Shown one piece after another: positions 21,501 through 32,800 of a stretch of 64,000 bases of DNA (the stretch's first letter is position 1; every line of letters starts with the position of its first letter). Made by a program: the position numbers and the translations under genes. Below the pieces are notes generated by a model. The model ran no database searches and was not told where the DNA came from. It saw only the letters and a list, made by a program, of their open reading frames with translations. The DNA comes from Podarcis muralis (taxonomy: Eukaryota), in contig NC_135667.1 of assembly GCF_964188315.1 (NCBI RefSeq), positions 14,570,001 through 14,634,000 on the forward strand, given 5' to 3'.

Positions 21501-24500
21501 ACCGTTGTGAAATCCCACTGAGCTGTTATGATCCAAACCCTCTCTTCTGGCTTCCTTTCATGTAATTCATGCACATATAGAACCATTCGTAAGCTCTCCA
21601 TAGTCCGTGACTCCCCGTGAACGAGAATCACCTTGGTTACAGCCGAAAAGAGAATTCTGCTTATTCTAGCCAAGTTCTTATTTGTCAGCAGTGCTTTATC
21701 AAAGACCTCCTTCGGCGTTGGAATAACTTCCTTAAAAGCCACACAAATATTGTTCTGGTACAGCCAAGGCATGAGAGTCCTCAACAGTATTTCTCCAATG
21801 TCGTCATCTGAAATAATAAGGCCAATCCAAGTCCATCCAAAATGCTGAAGCAGCTGAACAATCCCAACATACTGAGGACGTTCATTTGGCATCATCCGAT
21901 AGACAAAAGGGAACTGTGTTTTATCGCTCAGTGCAGGGTCGAAGGATTTATAGCTGAGCTAAAAAACAGGAGCAACACATTTTTTTCTTAGACCTAACCA
22001 AAAATTCAGATTTTTCCTTTGGTGATCTGGCAGGAAGAACGTTGAGGTCATTTTATATTTGATACAAATATTGCAGGGACTTATAAACTCTCCAATCCCA
22101 CAAACTAGACATGATTACTGAGCTGATTAAAGAAACACATAAATTAGGTGGGCCGGGGGGAGAGGGAGAGAGGGAGAGGGAGAGCATATATACCATATTT
22201 TTCGTCCCATAGGACGCTCCGCCCCATAGGACGCACCTAGTTTTTTGGGGGGGAAATAAAGGGAAATTCCCCCCCCCCTTTATTTCCCCCCCAAAAGCAG
22301 GTCGGGGAAACCGAACCAGGTCAAGGAACAGCGGGATGGCGGCGCTGCGCCTCCCTGCTGTCCCCCGAGCTTGTGGGGCTGGCCGATGTCTGTCCGGCGG
22401 GGCGCTCTGCTTGAGGGCGCCCCGCCCGCCAGGCGGCAGGCTGCTATCCGCAGCGTGGGGAGCCCTGCGGGGAACTCCTACAGGGCTCCCCACGCTGCGG
22501 ATGTCTGTCCGGCAGGCGGGGCGCTCTGCTTGAGGGCGCCCCGCCCAACGGGCGGCAGGCTGCTATCCGCAGCCTAGACAGCCCTGCGGGACCTCCCGCA
22601 GGGCTGCCTAGGCTGCGGATGTCTTCCCGAAGCGCCGGGCACTCTGCTTTCAGGGCGCCCGATGCTCCGGGAAGCAGGCTGCTATCCGCAGCCTAGACAG
22701 CCCTGCGGGAGGTCCCGCAGGGCTGTCTAGGCTGCGAATAGCAGCCTGCCGCCCGGTGGGTGGGGCGCCCTCAAGCAGAGCGCCCCGCCCACCGGACAGA
22801 CATCCGCAGTGTGGGGAGCCCTGCAGGAGTTCCCCGCAGGGTGCGCACCGACCCCTCTCGCTCTCCAAGCTTCAGGGAAAGCCTGCATTCGCCCCATAGG
22901 ACGCACCCAGATTTCCCCTTGATTTTTGGAGGGGGGAAAGTGCGTCCTATAGGGCGAAAAATGCGGTACATGCCGACACTTTTATACAGGGCATATTTTA
23001 AAAAGAAAAGTTAACAAAAGGCTTCCAGTTCTATTCCTTGTTATTTATTAAATTTTTATACTACACTTCATCCAAAGAGTACAGGGTGGTTTACAAGATA
23101 AAAACACAAAAATGTGTACCATGACGACAAACAAAAACAATACCCATCCCAGTTTTAAAGGCCGTAGGTTGTTTAATTAGCTAAATGCCTGGGAGAAGAG
23201 GAATGTTTTCGCCTGGTGCCTAAAGAGATGTAATGAAGGCATCAGGCAAGACTCCTTGGGGAGAACATTTCACAAGAAGGGAGCCACACCAGAAAAGGCC
23301 CATTCTCGTGTTGCCACCTGTCAGATGTCTCCTGGGGGGGGGGGCAACTTACAAAGGCCCTCAGATGATGAGCACAGGCTTTGTGTCGATACAAAGAGGC
23401 GGTCCTTGAGGTATTGCGGTTCTGAGCCATTTAAGGCTTTATAGGTCAAAACCAGCACCTTGAGTTCGGCACCTTGAGTTTAGCTAATTTGCAGCCAGTG
23501 CAGTTGGGCCAGAATTGGTGTCAAACTGTCTTGCCCCATATGTGAGAAGAGCATTGTGAACCTGACTTTTTATATAAAAATTCAGAAGATTTCTTATTAC
23601 AACTTACTATTGATTATTATAACTTAGGGAGAAAATGTTAAACTGGAGGGGGAATGGAGAAGGAAGAAAATGAGTGCAGATTAACTGGACTGATTCAATC
23701 CAGGGTTGTTCTGGCCTTTAATGATATGGTGCTGGCCAAACCACTCAAAACGGCTTCTGATGTCACAGTGTACATTTCCTCCAGTTCATTCACGTGGGTT
23801 GATAGTGAGGCCTTCTGGAACCCAGCTTCTATTGCACGCATTTCCCCATAGGGTCAAGTTAGTCCCTGTGCTAAACACAAGGAAGGTCATGGGTACACAA
23901 ATGTGCATGTTCCACTAAATACTCCTACTGGTTGCACCTATGTATACAGTACACACCTGCGGCATCTTATAGATATTTAAGATGTGGGGCATCTGCTTAG
24001 AATTATGAGAGGTGAGCCCTCCAATGATGGCCATTAGTTTGTATGTCTTGTCACAGATGTAGTTAATGGGGTTCCCCTGATTTTGGAAAAGGAGTTCCAC
24101 GGTCCCAGAACAGGATCCCGCTTCATTGAGAACAGTATGAGTGATGATGGATGATAATGTTGTGTTAGGCAAGAGGTGGTCGTTATTGTTGATCTCATTC
24201 ATGGCCAAAATGAAGGCAAGGACTTGATGGTAGTAATTGTGTATTATACTGCAATGATATTTCAATATAGACTTAGGGCTGTTGCATATCCAATGATTTA
24301 ATGTACAGAGCAGACTTATTGACCATTGGAAGCTGTTCTTGAAGTACAGTGGTACCTCGGGTTAAGTACTTAATTTGTTCCGGAGGTCCGTTCTTAACCT
24401 GAAACTGTTCTTAACCAGAAGCACCACTTTAGCTAATGGGGCCTCCTGCTGCCACCACGCCGCCAGAGCACGATTTCTGTTCTCATCCTGAAGCAAAGTT

Positions 24501-27500
24501 CTTAACCCGAGGTACTATTTCTGGGTTAGCGGAGTCTGTAACCTGAAGCGTATGTAACCTGAGGTACCACTGTACAGGGCACAGGGTTGTTCTGTGGGAA
24601 TTATCTCTATAAGTTAGGGTTGCCATGTTTCAAAGAGTGAAAATCCAGACACAAAAGTTGTTGTGCCCCAGATGTATGGCAGCCCTAAAGGTAAAGGGAC
24701 ACCTGACCATTAGGTCCAGTCGTGACCGACTCTAGGATTGCAGTGCTCATCTCGCTTTACTGGCTGAGGGAGCAGGCGTACAGCTTCTGGGTCATGTGCC
24801 AGCAGGACTAAGCCGCTTCTGACGAACCAGAGCAGAGCACAGAAACGCTGCTTACCTTCCCGCCGGAGCGGTACCTATTTATCTACTTGCACTTTGATGT
24901 GCTTTCAAATTACTAGGTTGGCAGGAGCTGGGACTGAGCAACGGGAGCTCACCACGTCACGGGGATTCGAATCACCAACCTTCTGATCAGCAAGCCCTAG
25001 GCTCTGTGGTTTAGACCACAGCACCACCCGCATCCCTCATGGCAGTCATAGAATCACAGAAATGCAGAGTTCCTCTGTAATGCAGGAATATGCAGTTGTC
25101 CCACATGGGGATCGAACCTGCAACTTTGATGTTATCAGCACTATGCTCCCTAACCAACTGAGCTATTCAGTCTTACATATCATTAGCCTTGTAAGGGCTT
25201 TTGCCACTTCACTATCTTCCATTCTAATACCTGTTAGGACTGTAATTTATTTGCTGTTTTCTCTGAGAGTGGTGCAATCTTCTTTGAAGTGGCTCTCTCT
25301 CTCCTTGCATCACTTGATCCATCTCCACTATCTAGTTTATGACTAAGTGAATAATAAAGGCACATATACTTCCTCTCACTTCCCGAATGTGTGATTTTAT
25401 ATTCTTTTTTTTTAACCTAAAAATGATAGCAAAAGAGCCTGATAGGTCAGGCCAATGACCCACCTAGTCCGGCATCCTGTTCTCACAGTCCGTGTATGGG
25501 AAGTTGTAAAGGACACCTGAGCACAGCAACACTCTCCCCACCTGTGGTTCCTAGAAACTTGTATTCAGAGATATGCTACCAGCAACAGTAGAGGTGTGGG
25601 TGGACCCCAAGGGCCCCCAAAATATGCTTTGCATGAGAAAGCTATAAAAAGCCTCAACTGAATGACATATTGGAGTTCTTTAAAAACCTTGGTTCATAAT
25701 AGTTCTTAAAAGACACATAGCTCGGTTGCTGGAAATACCAAAGATAAGAAATTTGGGGAGTGAACTTCTGAAGAGTAAAATTATGGGAGTCTGGCTGTGC
25801 CAGCTTACCAAGGACGACTCCCCTTATGTAGGATTGTTACCTAGGTAACAAGGTAAAGGGACCCCTGACCATTAGGTCCAGTCATGACCGACTCTGGGTT
25901 TGCGGCACTCATCTCGCTTTACTGGCCAAGGGAGCCGGCGTACAGCTTCCGGGTCATGTGGCCAGCATGACTAAGCCACATCTGGTGAGCCAGAGCAGCA
26001 CATGGAAACGCCATTTATCTTCCCGCCTCATTTACCTATTTATCTACTTGCACTTTGACGGGCTTTCAAACTGCTAGGTTGGCAGGAGCAGGGACCGAGC
26101 AACGGGAGCTCACCCTGTCGCAGGGATTTGAACCACGACTTCTGATCAGCAAGTCCTAGGCTCTGTGGTTTAGCCCACAGCGCCACCCATGTCCCTACCC
26201 CCAAAATATAGGGGGATGCAAAAGGGCTCAGCCCCTAAGAGCTGGTGCCCCCTGTGCCCTAGATATTCTACTGGGAAGATGCAAATAATTCATTCAGCTC
26301 CTTATGCTGCTTTTGCATACCATTGACTAACTCGTTATCCAATGGATCATTCACCCACTCTAGCCAGTCTCTTCCAAATAATATTTAATAAAATGTGCTC
26401 TTCAAATTCATTTGAAGAATCCTTTATTGACTTATTGCATTTCTTTTGTCAAAAATTGTGTTCTTGTTCATTCTCATTTGGACAAGACTTTTATTTTCTA
26501 CACTTGATCTTAGCCATAAGGCCGAGAAGTGATATTCTGTTTTAATGAAAGACTGGGGGAAATTATGAAAAATAGATTTAAAATTCACAGTGTGTTATTT
26601 GACAAAGGAAAATTTTATGAAAATGATTTATAGGTGGTTCTTGACTCCTAGTAAATTGGCTAAAATATATAAAAACAACAAGAACACATGTTGGACGTGT
26701 AAGCAGGGGGAAGGAATTCTATTTCATATGTGGTGGACCTGTCCCCAAATTTAAAAATTCTGGGACACGTTCTATGAAGAATTAAAGAAAATGCTCAGAC
26801 AAACATTCTCTAAGAGCTCAGAGACCTTTTTACTGGGCATTATGACAATAAACACCCCAAGAGAAGCAAAAGAGTATTTCTATACGCAACAAGTACGGCT
26901 AGAGTATTAATTGCCAAATGCTGGAAAGGGGATTTGATACCAACTAAGGAAGAGTGGCAAATGAAATTGTGTGAATATGTTGAGCTAGCCAAAATGACCG
27001 AAGCAATAAGAAATCACTCAAACTTAAGGGTTAAAAAAGAATGGGATTATTTTAAAAATTATATGTGTAAACATGGTTCCCAAATCAAAACTTGGATGTG
27101 TCCAGAGTAAATTTCACAAAATAAAAGACAATTAGAGGAGATATCCTATATAAATAGAAGGTCGAAAGTATACTAGAACACAGTACAAAAGAAAATGAAA
27201 TAAAGAGAGAAGCTGTTAAGAGGTAGGGGGAAGTCAACTATTATACAGAGGATACGAACATGTATAGAATAAGTAGATTATGCATGTAAATGTAAAGGAG
27301 AAAGGGGTGATAGCATGTTCATTGTACTAAATTACATTTGGGGTCCAATATCACTATTCCCAAAAATTCTGTGGAGGAGTCTGCCCCTTTTGGGACTTCT
27401 AGATTGTTGTGCTTTGTCCTCTTTCACAGTGTGACAATATCTCTAGTAGGTCCTTCACTGTCNNNNNNNNNNNNNNNNNNNNNNNNNNNNNNNNNNNNNN

Positions 27501-28062
27501 NNNNNNNNNNNNNNNNNNNNNNNNNNNNNNNNNNNNNNNNNNNNNNNNNNNNNNNNNNNNNNNNNNNNNNNNNNNNNNNNNNNNNNNNNNNNNNNNNNNN
27601 NNNNNNNNNNNNNNNNNNNNNNNNNNNNNNNNNNNNNNNNNNNNNNNNNNNNNNNAAAGAATTGTATTAAGGGTTTGGATTTCCACAAGAACATTTAGAA
27701 TCATTTTTACCGGTGGAGAGCAATAGTTCTTTCACAATAAGGACTTCTTTTCATCGATCCTCTTCTGATTCCGTGTTCACACTATGCTATTTAGTTGGAT
27801 GTCTTACTTACGTGGAATGTACTTCCTCATCTGGAGTCGTATTAAATGGAATCTCCTCAAGGCTATGAATTAGAAATGAAGCAAATTCACCAATGACAAT
27901 ATTCTCTGGGATGCTGAACCCATTTCGAAGCTTTGGCTGCTGCCCCATTGCATTGTGCACATTCTTGTTGACAACCTGAGGCAGTTCCATCAGCAAAATG
28001 AGCAGCAGGAATGAGGTCCATCTGGCTACCAGAAAATCTTGCCCCCAGCTGGTCATATTCAT
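17552..28062 (-). CDS. V2R gene A, vomeronasal type-2 receptor (class C GPCR); exons 28062-27812, 24248-23957, 21958-21101, 19918-19691, 19422-19296, 18462-17552; 888 aa
   Basis: Has a signal peptide, Venus flytrap domain, nine-Cys domain and class C 7TM ([23 protein letters not shown]). The frame is continuous over all junctions. The start could be 28062 or 28056. Confidence 0.9.
18470..18994 (-). mobile_element. L2 3' fragment with (TTA)n tail abutting the V2R-A exon-6 acceptor
   Basis: ORF remnant [23 protein letters not shown]; microsatellite tail at 18470-18526. Confidence 0.85.
19296..19422 (-). CDS. V2R-A exon 5 (127 nt, Cys-rich domain)
   Basis: [42 protein letters not shown]. Confidence 0.9.
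19691..19918 (-). CDS. V2R-A exon 4 (228 nt)
   Basis: [34 protein letters not shown]...WNHKFNQ. Confidence 0.9.
20090..20471 (+). mobile_element. Sauria SINE with 15-bp TSD
   Basis: TSD TACACTTCCT(G/A)GGCA at 20074-20088 and 20472-20486. Confidence 0.88.
21101..21958 (-). CDS. V2R-A exon 3 (858 nt)
   Basis: [16 protein letters not shown]...FGWTWIG...[12 protein letters not shown]...YPWQ. Confidence 0.92.
22193..22966. mobile_element. Tc1/mariner-pogo-type non-autonomous element with a GC-rich palindromic interior
   Basis: TA TSD; TIRs ccatatttttcgtcccataggacgc / gcgtcctatagggcgaaaaatgcgg; CpG-rich. Confidence 0.8.
23030..23480 (-). mobile_element. L2-like LINE 3' fragment
   Basis: Similar to 13690-14150. 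Confidence 0.7.
23957..24248 (-). CDS. V2R-A exon 2 (292 nt)
   Basis: [26 protein letters not shown]...[10 protein letters not shown]...YKMPQ; cag/GT boundaries. Confidence 0.9.
24347..24572. mobile_element. Mariner/pogo MITE (226 bp)
   Basis: TIR cagtggtacctc / gaggtaccactg; TA TSD. Confidence 0.9.
24686..25036 (-). mobile_element. Sauria SINE
   Basis: taaaggtaaaggg...cagcaccacccgcatccc. Confidence 0.88.
25849..26195 (-). mobile_element. Sauria SINE
   Basis: Same family as 24686-25036. Confidence 0.88.
26540..27300 (+). mobile_element. L1-clade LINE 3' fragment (degraded)
   Basis: [23 protein letters not shown] zinc-knuckle region, similar to 42283-43053. Confidence 0.75.
27463..27655. 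other. Assembly gap (V2R-A intron 1)
   Basis: N run. Confidence 1.
27812..28062 (-). CDS. V2R-A exon 1 (signal peptide)
   Basis: [29 protein letters not shown]...IVIGEF...; donor AC|GTAAGT, phase 2. Confidence 0.8.
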
Positions 28063-28203
28063 TGTGACAGAAAAACAGAGCATGAGTATTTGGTGGGCGG
28101 CAAGGGAGAAGAATGCTTCAAAGCCTCATCCGAGTTAATTTTCAAACATATTTGACAGAATGCTTCAAAGAGCTATGGGTGAAAAGTTGTTTTTAGACTC
28201 GCC

Positions 28204-28376
28204 TTTATAGATGTGGAGTAGCATTCCACCAATATTTAAGGTGGATACATCTATTGTTCTCTTTCTGATTGTTTTGGGATCACACTACAATTACATGAGG
28301 ACTGTGATTATGATAATTATAGGGTAGGTAAGTACCTTTTCCAAGATTCTCACCTCTCAGCAAAGTTAAGAAAAAC
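28204..28376 (-). promoter_or_regulatory. Putative V2R-A promoter module (TATA-like element plus conserved upstream motif)
   Basis: TATAAA on the - strand at 28209-28204 and CTCAGCAAAGTTAAGAAAAAC at 28356-28376; same motif and spacing in paralogs. Confidence 0.5.
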
Positions 28377-28983
28377 ATCTTTCGCTTCCTCATATTCATG
28401 TCTGCTAATGAAATGTTCAGTGCTGAAACTGAGGGCAGGCTAGGTTTTTAGTAGGGTAGGAATGCTCCTATAGCTAAGTAGAGTAATAAAACCCAGATTC
28501 TGTAAAAAGAAGCATAACATTTCTATAACTTAAAAAAAAAACTATTGGTCTAGTATTGTGAAACATGGAATATATCTTCTATGTGATTTGGTTTATGAAA
28601 GAAACAAGTTCTTTTGCTACTTTCTCTTATTCATTGACAGGTTCAATTAGCTGAATCCAACTGTTAATCAAGCTCAGGAAAGTTTGCAGATTATTAATAT
28701 GGATGTCCTAGGATGTATAAGAAAGGCAAAGGTGTGCTTCTTATGAATTAGAAACAGTAGTTCTCAAACAGCATGATCGAATTTGTCTTCCCCATCCCCA
28801 CATACACTTTAGATGCTAAGAGTGGAAGCAGATGAGGCAACAAAGTAAAAGGGGGAAAGTGGAAGTTTAACACTTCACAAAGTGCTTCAAAAACAAAAAA
28901 GTAGACACAACCTGGTCTATAAGTTAACATTCTTAATATAAAAATAACCATCACATGAAAATGAAGAAAACTGGAATTATCAG

Positions 28984-29894
28984 TCAGGTAGCATAATATT
29001 GTTTCCTCACAAGCTGATCCCTGGTGTTCAGCTCAGGCCTCAGAATAATAATATAGAATTTGGGTAGGAAGATGCAACCCAGCAACCCAGCGCTAGAAGT
29101 CAAGATAGAGAAGATCTCCACAGCCACCATAAGTTTTCCTTTGGTGCTCAGGTAGGTGGGGACAAAGGACAGCCAAACACTGCAGAACACTAACATACTG
29201 AAGGTGATAAGCTTGGCTTCGTTGAAAGTATCAGGCAGCTTCCGGGCAAAGAAAGCCACAGTGAAGCTGATGATGGCCAGGAGCCCCATGTAGCCCAGCA
29301 CAGTATAAAACATGGCGGCTGATCCTTCATTGCACTGCACAATGATTTGGGTAGTCTGTGAATGCATGTCAAACTCCGGGAAAGGAGGAGAGGTTGCCAA
29401 CCACAGTGCACAGATGCCAAGTTGAATAAGAGTAAAGAGGATGATGACTGACACTGCCAGCCTCTTCCCCACCCATTTCCTCATCCTGTTTCCTGGCTTG
29501 GTGGCCATGAAGGCCAGAACCACAGTGATGGTTTTTGCCAGCACACAAGAAACTGCCAGGGAGAAGACAATCCCAAACACTGTTTGACGGAGAAGGCAGG
29601 TTATCTTCCCAGGCTCTCCAATGAATAGGAAGGAGCACAGAAAGCAAAGCAATAGGGAAATGAGGAGGGTGCAGGTGATGTTCCAGTTGTTGGCCTTGAC
29701 AATGGGAGTCTCCTGGTTTTGAATGAAGATCCACATCACCACTAGTGTGATCAGAGAAAGGAACAGGGCAAATGAAGCCAGAATTATTCCCAAGGGTTCA
29801 CCATAAGCTAAATAGACAACATGCTTAGGAATGCAGTGGTCGTGGTTCTTGTTTGGATGCTGGTCCTCAGGGCACTTGTTACAGTGGTCTTCAT
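28984..29894 (-). CDS. V2R-B exon 6 (7TM)
   Basis: (D)[14 protein letters not shown]...[12 protein letters not shown]. Confidence 0.93.
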
Positions 29895-32800
29895 CTGAAA
29901 GTTTTAAGGTTTAATAGTAAAAAGAAGTACATGTACTTTCTTAACTAAGATGTTATATTGGTTAATTCAATTCTTGATTCTTAAAAGAAAAAAGAACCAT
30001 AAAACATTTTTAAAATTCCAAATTTCGATCATTCTGACTTAACTTTTGACCTTACAACTCTTTGATTTCCCCCCCAAAAACAGTTGCATGCCTTTATTGC
30101 AAATATTTTTCTGTTAAATTCAGGAGGTTTCATGAGAAGTTACCTCATGAAATAGTTTATTTATGTTTAACTATTTCATGTGTTTAACTATTTATGTGTT
30201 TAAATATTTAACTATTTCAGCTTAATGTGTGAACAGAAGCTGCGAAAAGAGTTACAAGCGAAGAGATACAAAAGCACATTGTGGTTCGAGGACCCGACCC
30301 CGGTGAAGTGAAATGAAGACACAAGGACACGTGATATAAGGTTATTGGGCTAGGAAAAGGCCACAACTTTATTGGTTACAGCATTTAAAAGGTATTGGCT
30401 TAGGCATTGGATCGGAACAAGTGGGTTCTTCACCAGTAGGTGGAGCCTGTCGATGCCAATCCGACTATAGGCTCACCCCTGCTGTCACCGAGGGTCGTGC
30501 CAAGGCCTCCCGCCAAGCAGGCATCGGACGGAATACACGACCCCCAGATTCCTTTAACGGAATACCCCTAAAAATTGAAGGCATAGGCGATGGCCACACC
30601 TAGCACTTCCACACAGCGCAACACATTATTCCAATGCCTAACCTACCCACCAATACCACAAAGTTGTGACGATTGCTACGAGGTAGGCGAAAAAACCAAT
30701 TAGCCTATTGCCAAATGGAAAAATTCCTACCAGGCCCCCCAGCCAACCAGGGCGACCAACCTAAGGTCCATAGCAAGGCCGAAAAAACCCGAGCCCTAAC
30801 TAAAGGGAGTGGAGGGTGGGTGACTCGTGAGGGGCGAAGGAAGGAAGAATGAGGCCGGGGGAAGGCTGGCGCTGCAGCAAAATGCTGCTGGACACGCCCC
30901 CACCGTGGCCCCCGGTTGGATGGCCACCGAGGGGGCGTGAGCGCCAGCCAGGTGAGTGGGCAGCAGGGGGCCACGCCCCCTGCTAGCCGGAGCTCGAGCC
31001 CCGACCACAACCCCTCCCCTCCCCTTCGGGGAGGAGAGTCTTTATTATTATTTAATCATCATCATAAGTTCTTATATCTTAATTGGTCCATTTACAGAGT
31101 CTTAACATTATGTTTGCATATTAAGTGATGAACATGCACATGCAAACCAGCATTTTGAGCAAATTTGTTTTACCAACATCTGGACTTTCATCTGAATGCA
31201 ATTCTGAAATCTTTACTTACCCTCCAGGTGTGAAACCATTCCTTCTGAGCACTGAGCACAATCATAGCAACAAATCTGTTCTCCCTGCCTCACGATCTTG
31301 CTGTGTCCAGGACGGCAACTTTCAACACATCTGGATTGGGGTTGGATCTAAGAAACAAAGAATTTAGAGTGAAGACCACTAGTTGGGAACTTCAGGCCTG
31401 TGTGCCTAGTTTTCACAGGTAGATTTGATTTTTTGATTTTTCACAGTATCATTATCATTATATATATCTTTCCCCTGATGAGACTTGAGATGGCTTACCT
31501 ATAAAAAGAAGTATCTGAAGAAGTGTGCATGCACACGAAAGCTCATACCAAGAACTAACTTAGTTGGTCTTTAAGGTGCTACTGGAAGGAATTTTTTTTG
31601 TTTTGACTATAAAAAGAAGAACAGCTAAAAACATAGGAAAATGATTAAAAAGCAAATAAACATTGATAGATGTAAAACTCCAAGTCCCATCCCAGGAAGA
31701 TGACCATGAAGGATACCAAGGCTGGTGGTATGGAAAGCCACTGAGAGGTCCCACAAAACCAACAGGGACACACACACCCTGTCCAAATCCCAGGATAAGT
31801 CATCCACCAAGGTAGCCAAAACCATCTCTGTCACATAACCAATCCTGAAACCAGATTGAAATGGATCTAGATAATCTGTCTCCACCAGAATCTGAGATGA
31901 TACCACATGCTCCATAATGAGATATTTGAAACAGGTTGATATTCCCCAATACAGTGAAATTCAGGGAGAGCTTTCTCAGTAGAGGTCTTGTAACTGCTTC
32001 TGTTAAGGATGTGGGAACCCTGCCTTGTTGTAAGGAGGTATTGGCCACCCAGCCAGCCCCCCGCTAGCCTTTTTGATGAGCCAGGAAGGGCAAGAATGTG
32101 GTGGCTCTCACATTTCCAAGTTGAAAACTTGGACAACTTAACACTGGACAAGCAGAGGCCAGCTACATCCACTGAACCTGTGTCAACTAAAGTGTCCAAG
32201 TCAGAATGGATCTGAGTGAGTTTGTCAGCACAGTGCCGAGGAAATTGTTCACAGTGGGCCACTGAGTGCTCAAAATTCTCCACACATGGACCAGTGTGTT
32301 AAAGACCCCTGACAACTGGAAACATCCCTTACTGACACAGTGAAGACACAGAGAGAGAGAAAATACAAAAAATATATTTTGCTGCCTCTACTGCCACGAA
32401 ATAGGTCACCTATAAACGTGAGCTGAATTGAATTTCTCCCTCATCTCTGTGCAGGGCATGCATTTAGTACCTGATAAATTTGGTGCCCAGTGAACGTTTG
32501 GTTCCACACAGAAGCTCCAAGGAGCTGATCCCTGCTGAAATGGGGGCTTGAAATCATTGATGATCAGCTGATGGGCTTTGATTTCAAGCCCAACTGATCT
32601 TGCTAAACTCTGGAGTATCAGGAACTGCAGACAGTAGTTAGTTCACATGGGGCTTCAGTCTTTTTGGTTCTTTGCTTGCAGCATGTCTTCAGTTTAAGAA
32701 GTGCTGCAAAGGAAAAATGGTTCACCTGTTGTCATCGCGGTATCAGTGATTGACAGGTGGGCAACCTGGCCAACTGCACAGAGTGGCCTGCAAAAGAAAG

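Noticed and set aside
22395-22850. Repeat-spacer-like periodicity resembling CRISPR
   Set aside because: The units are whole tandem or inverted repeats without unique spacers, in eukaryotic DNA with no cas genes
22053-22971. Several GC-rich ORFs
   Set aside because: They lie in the palindromic MITE interior, where stop codons are rare; no transposase motifs
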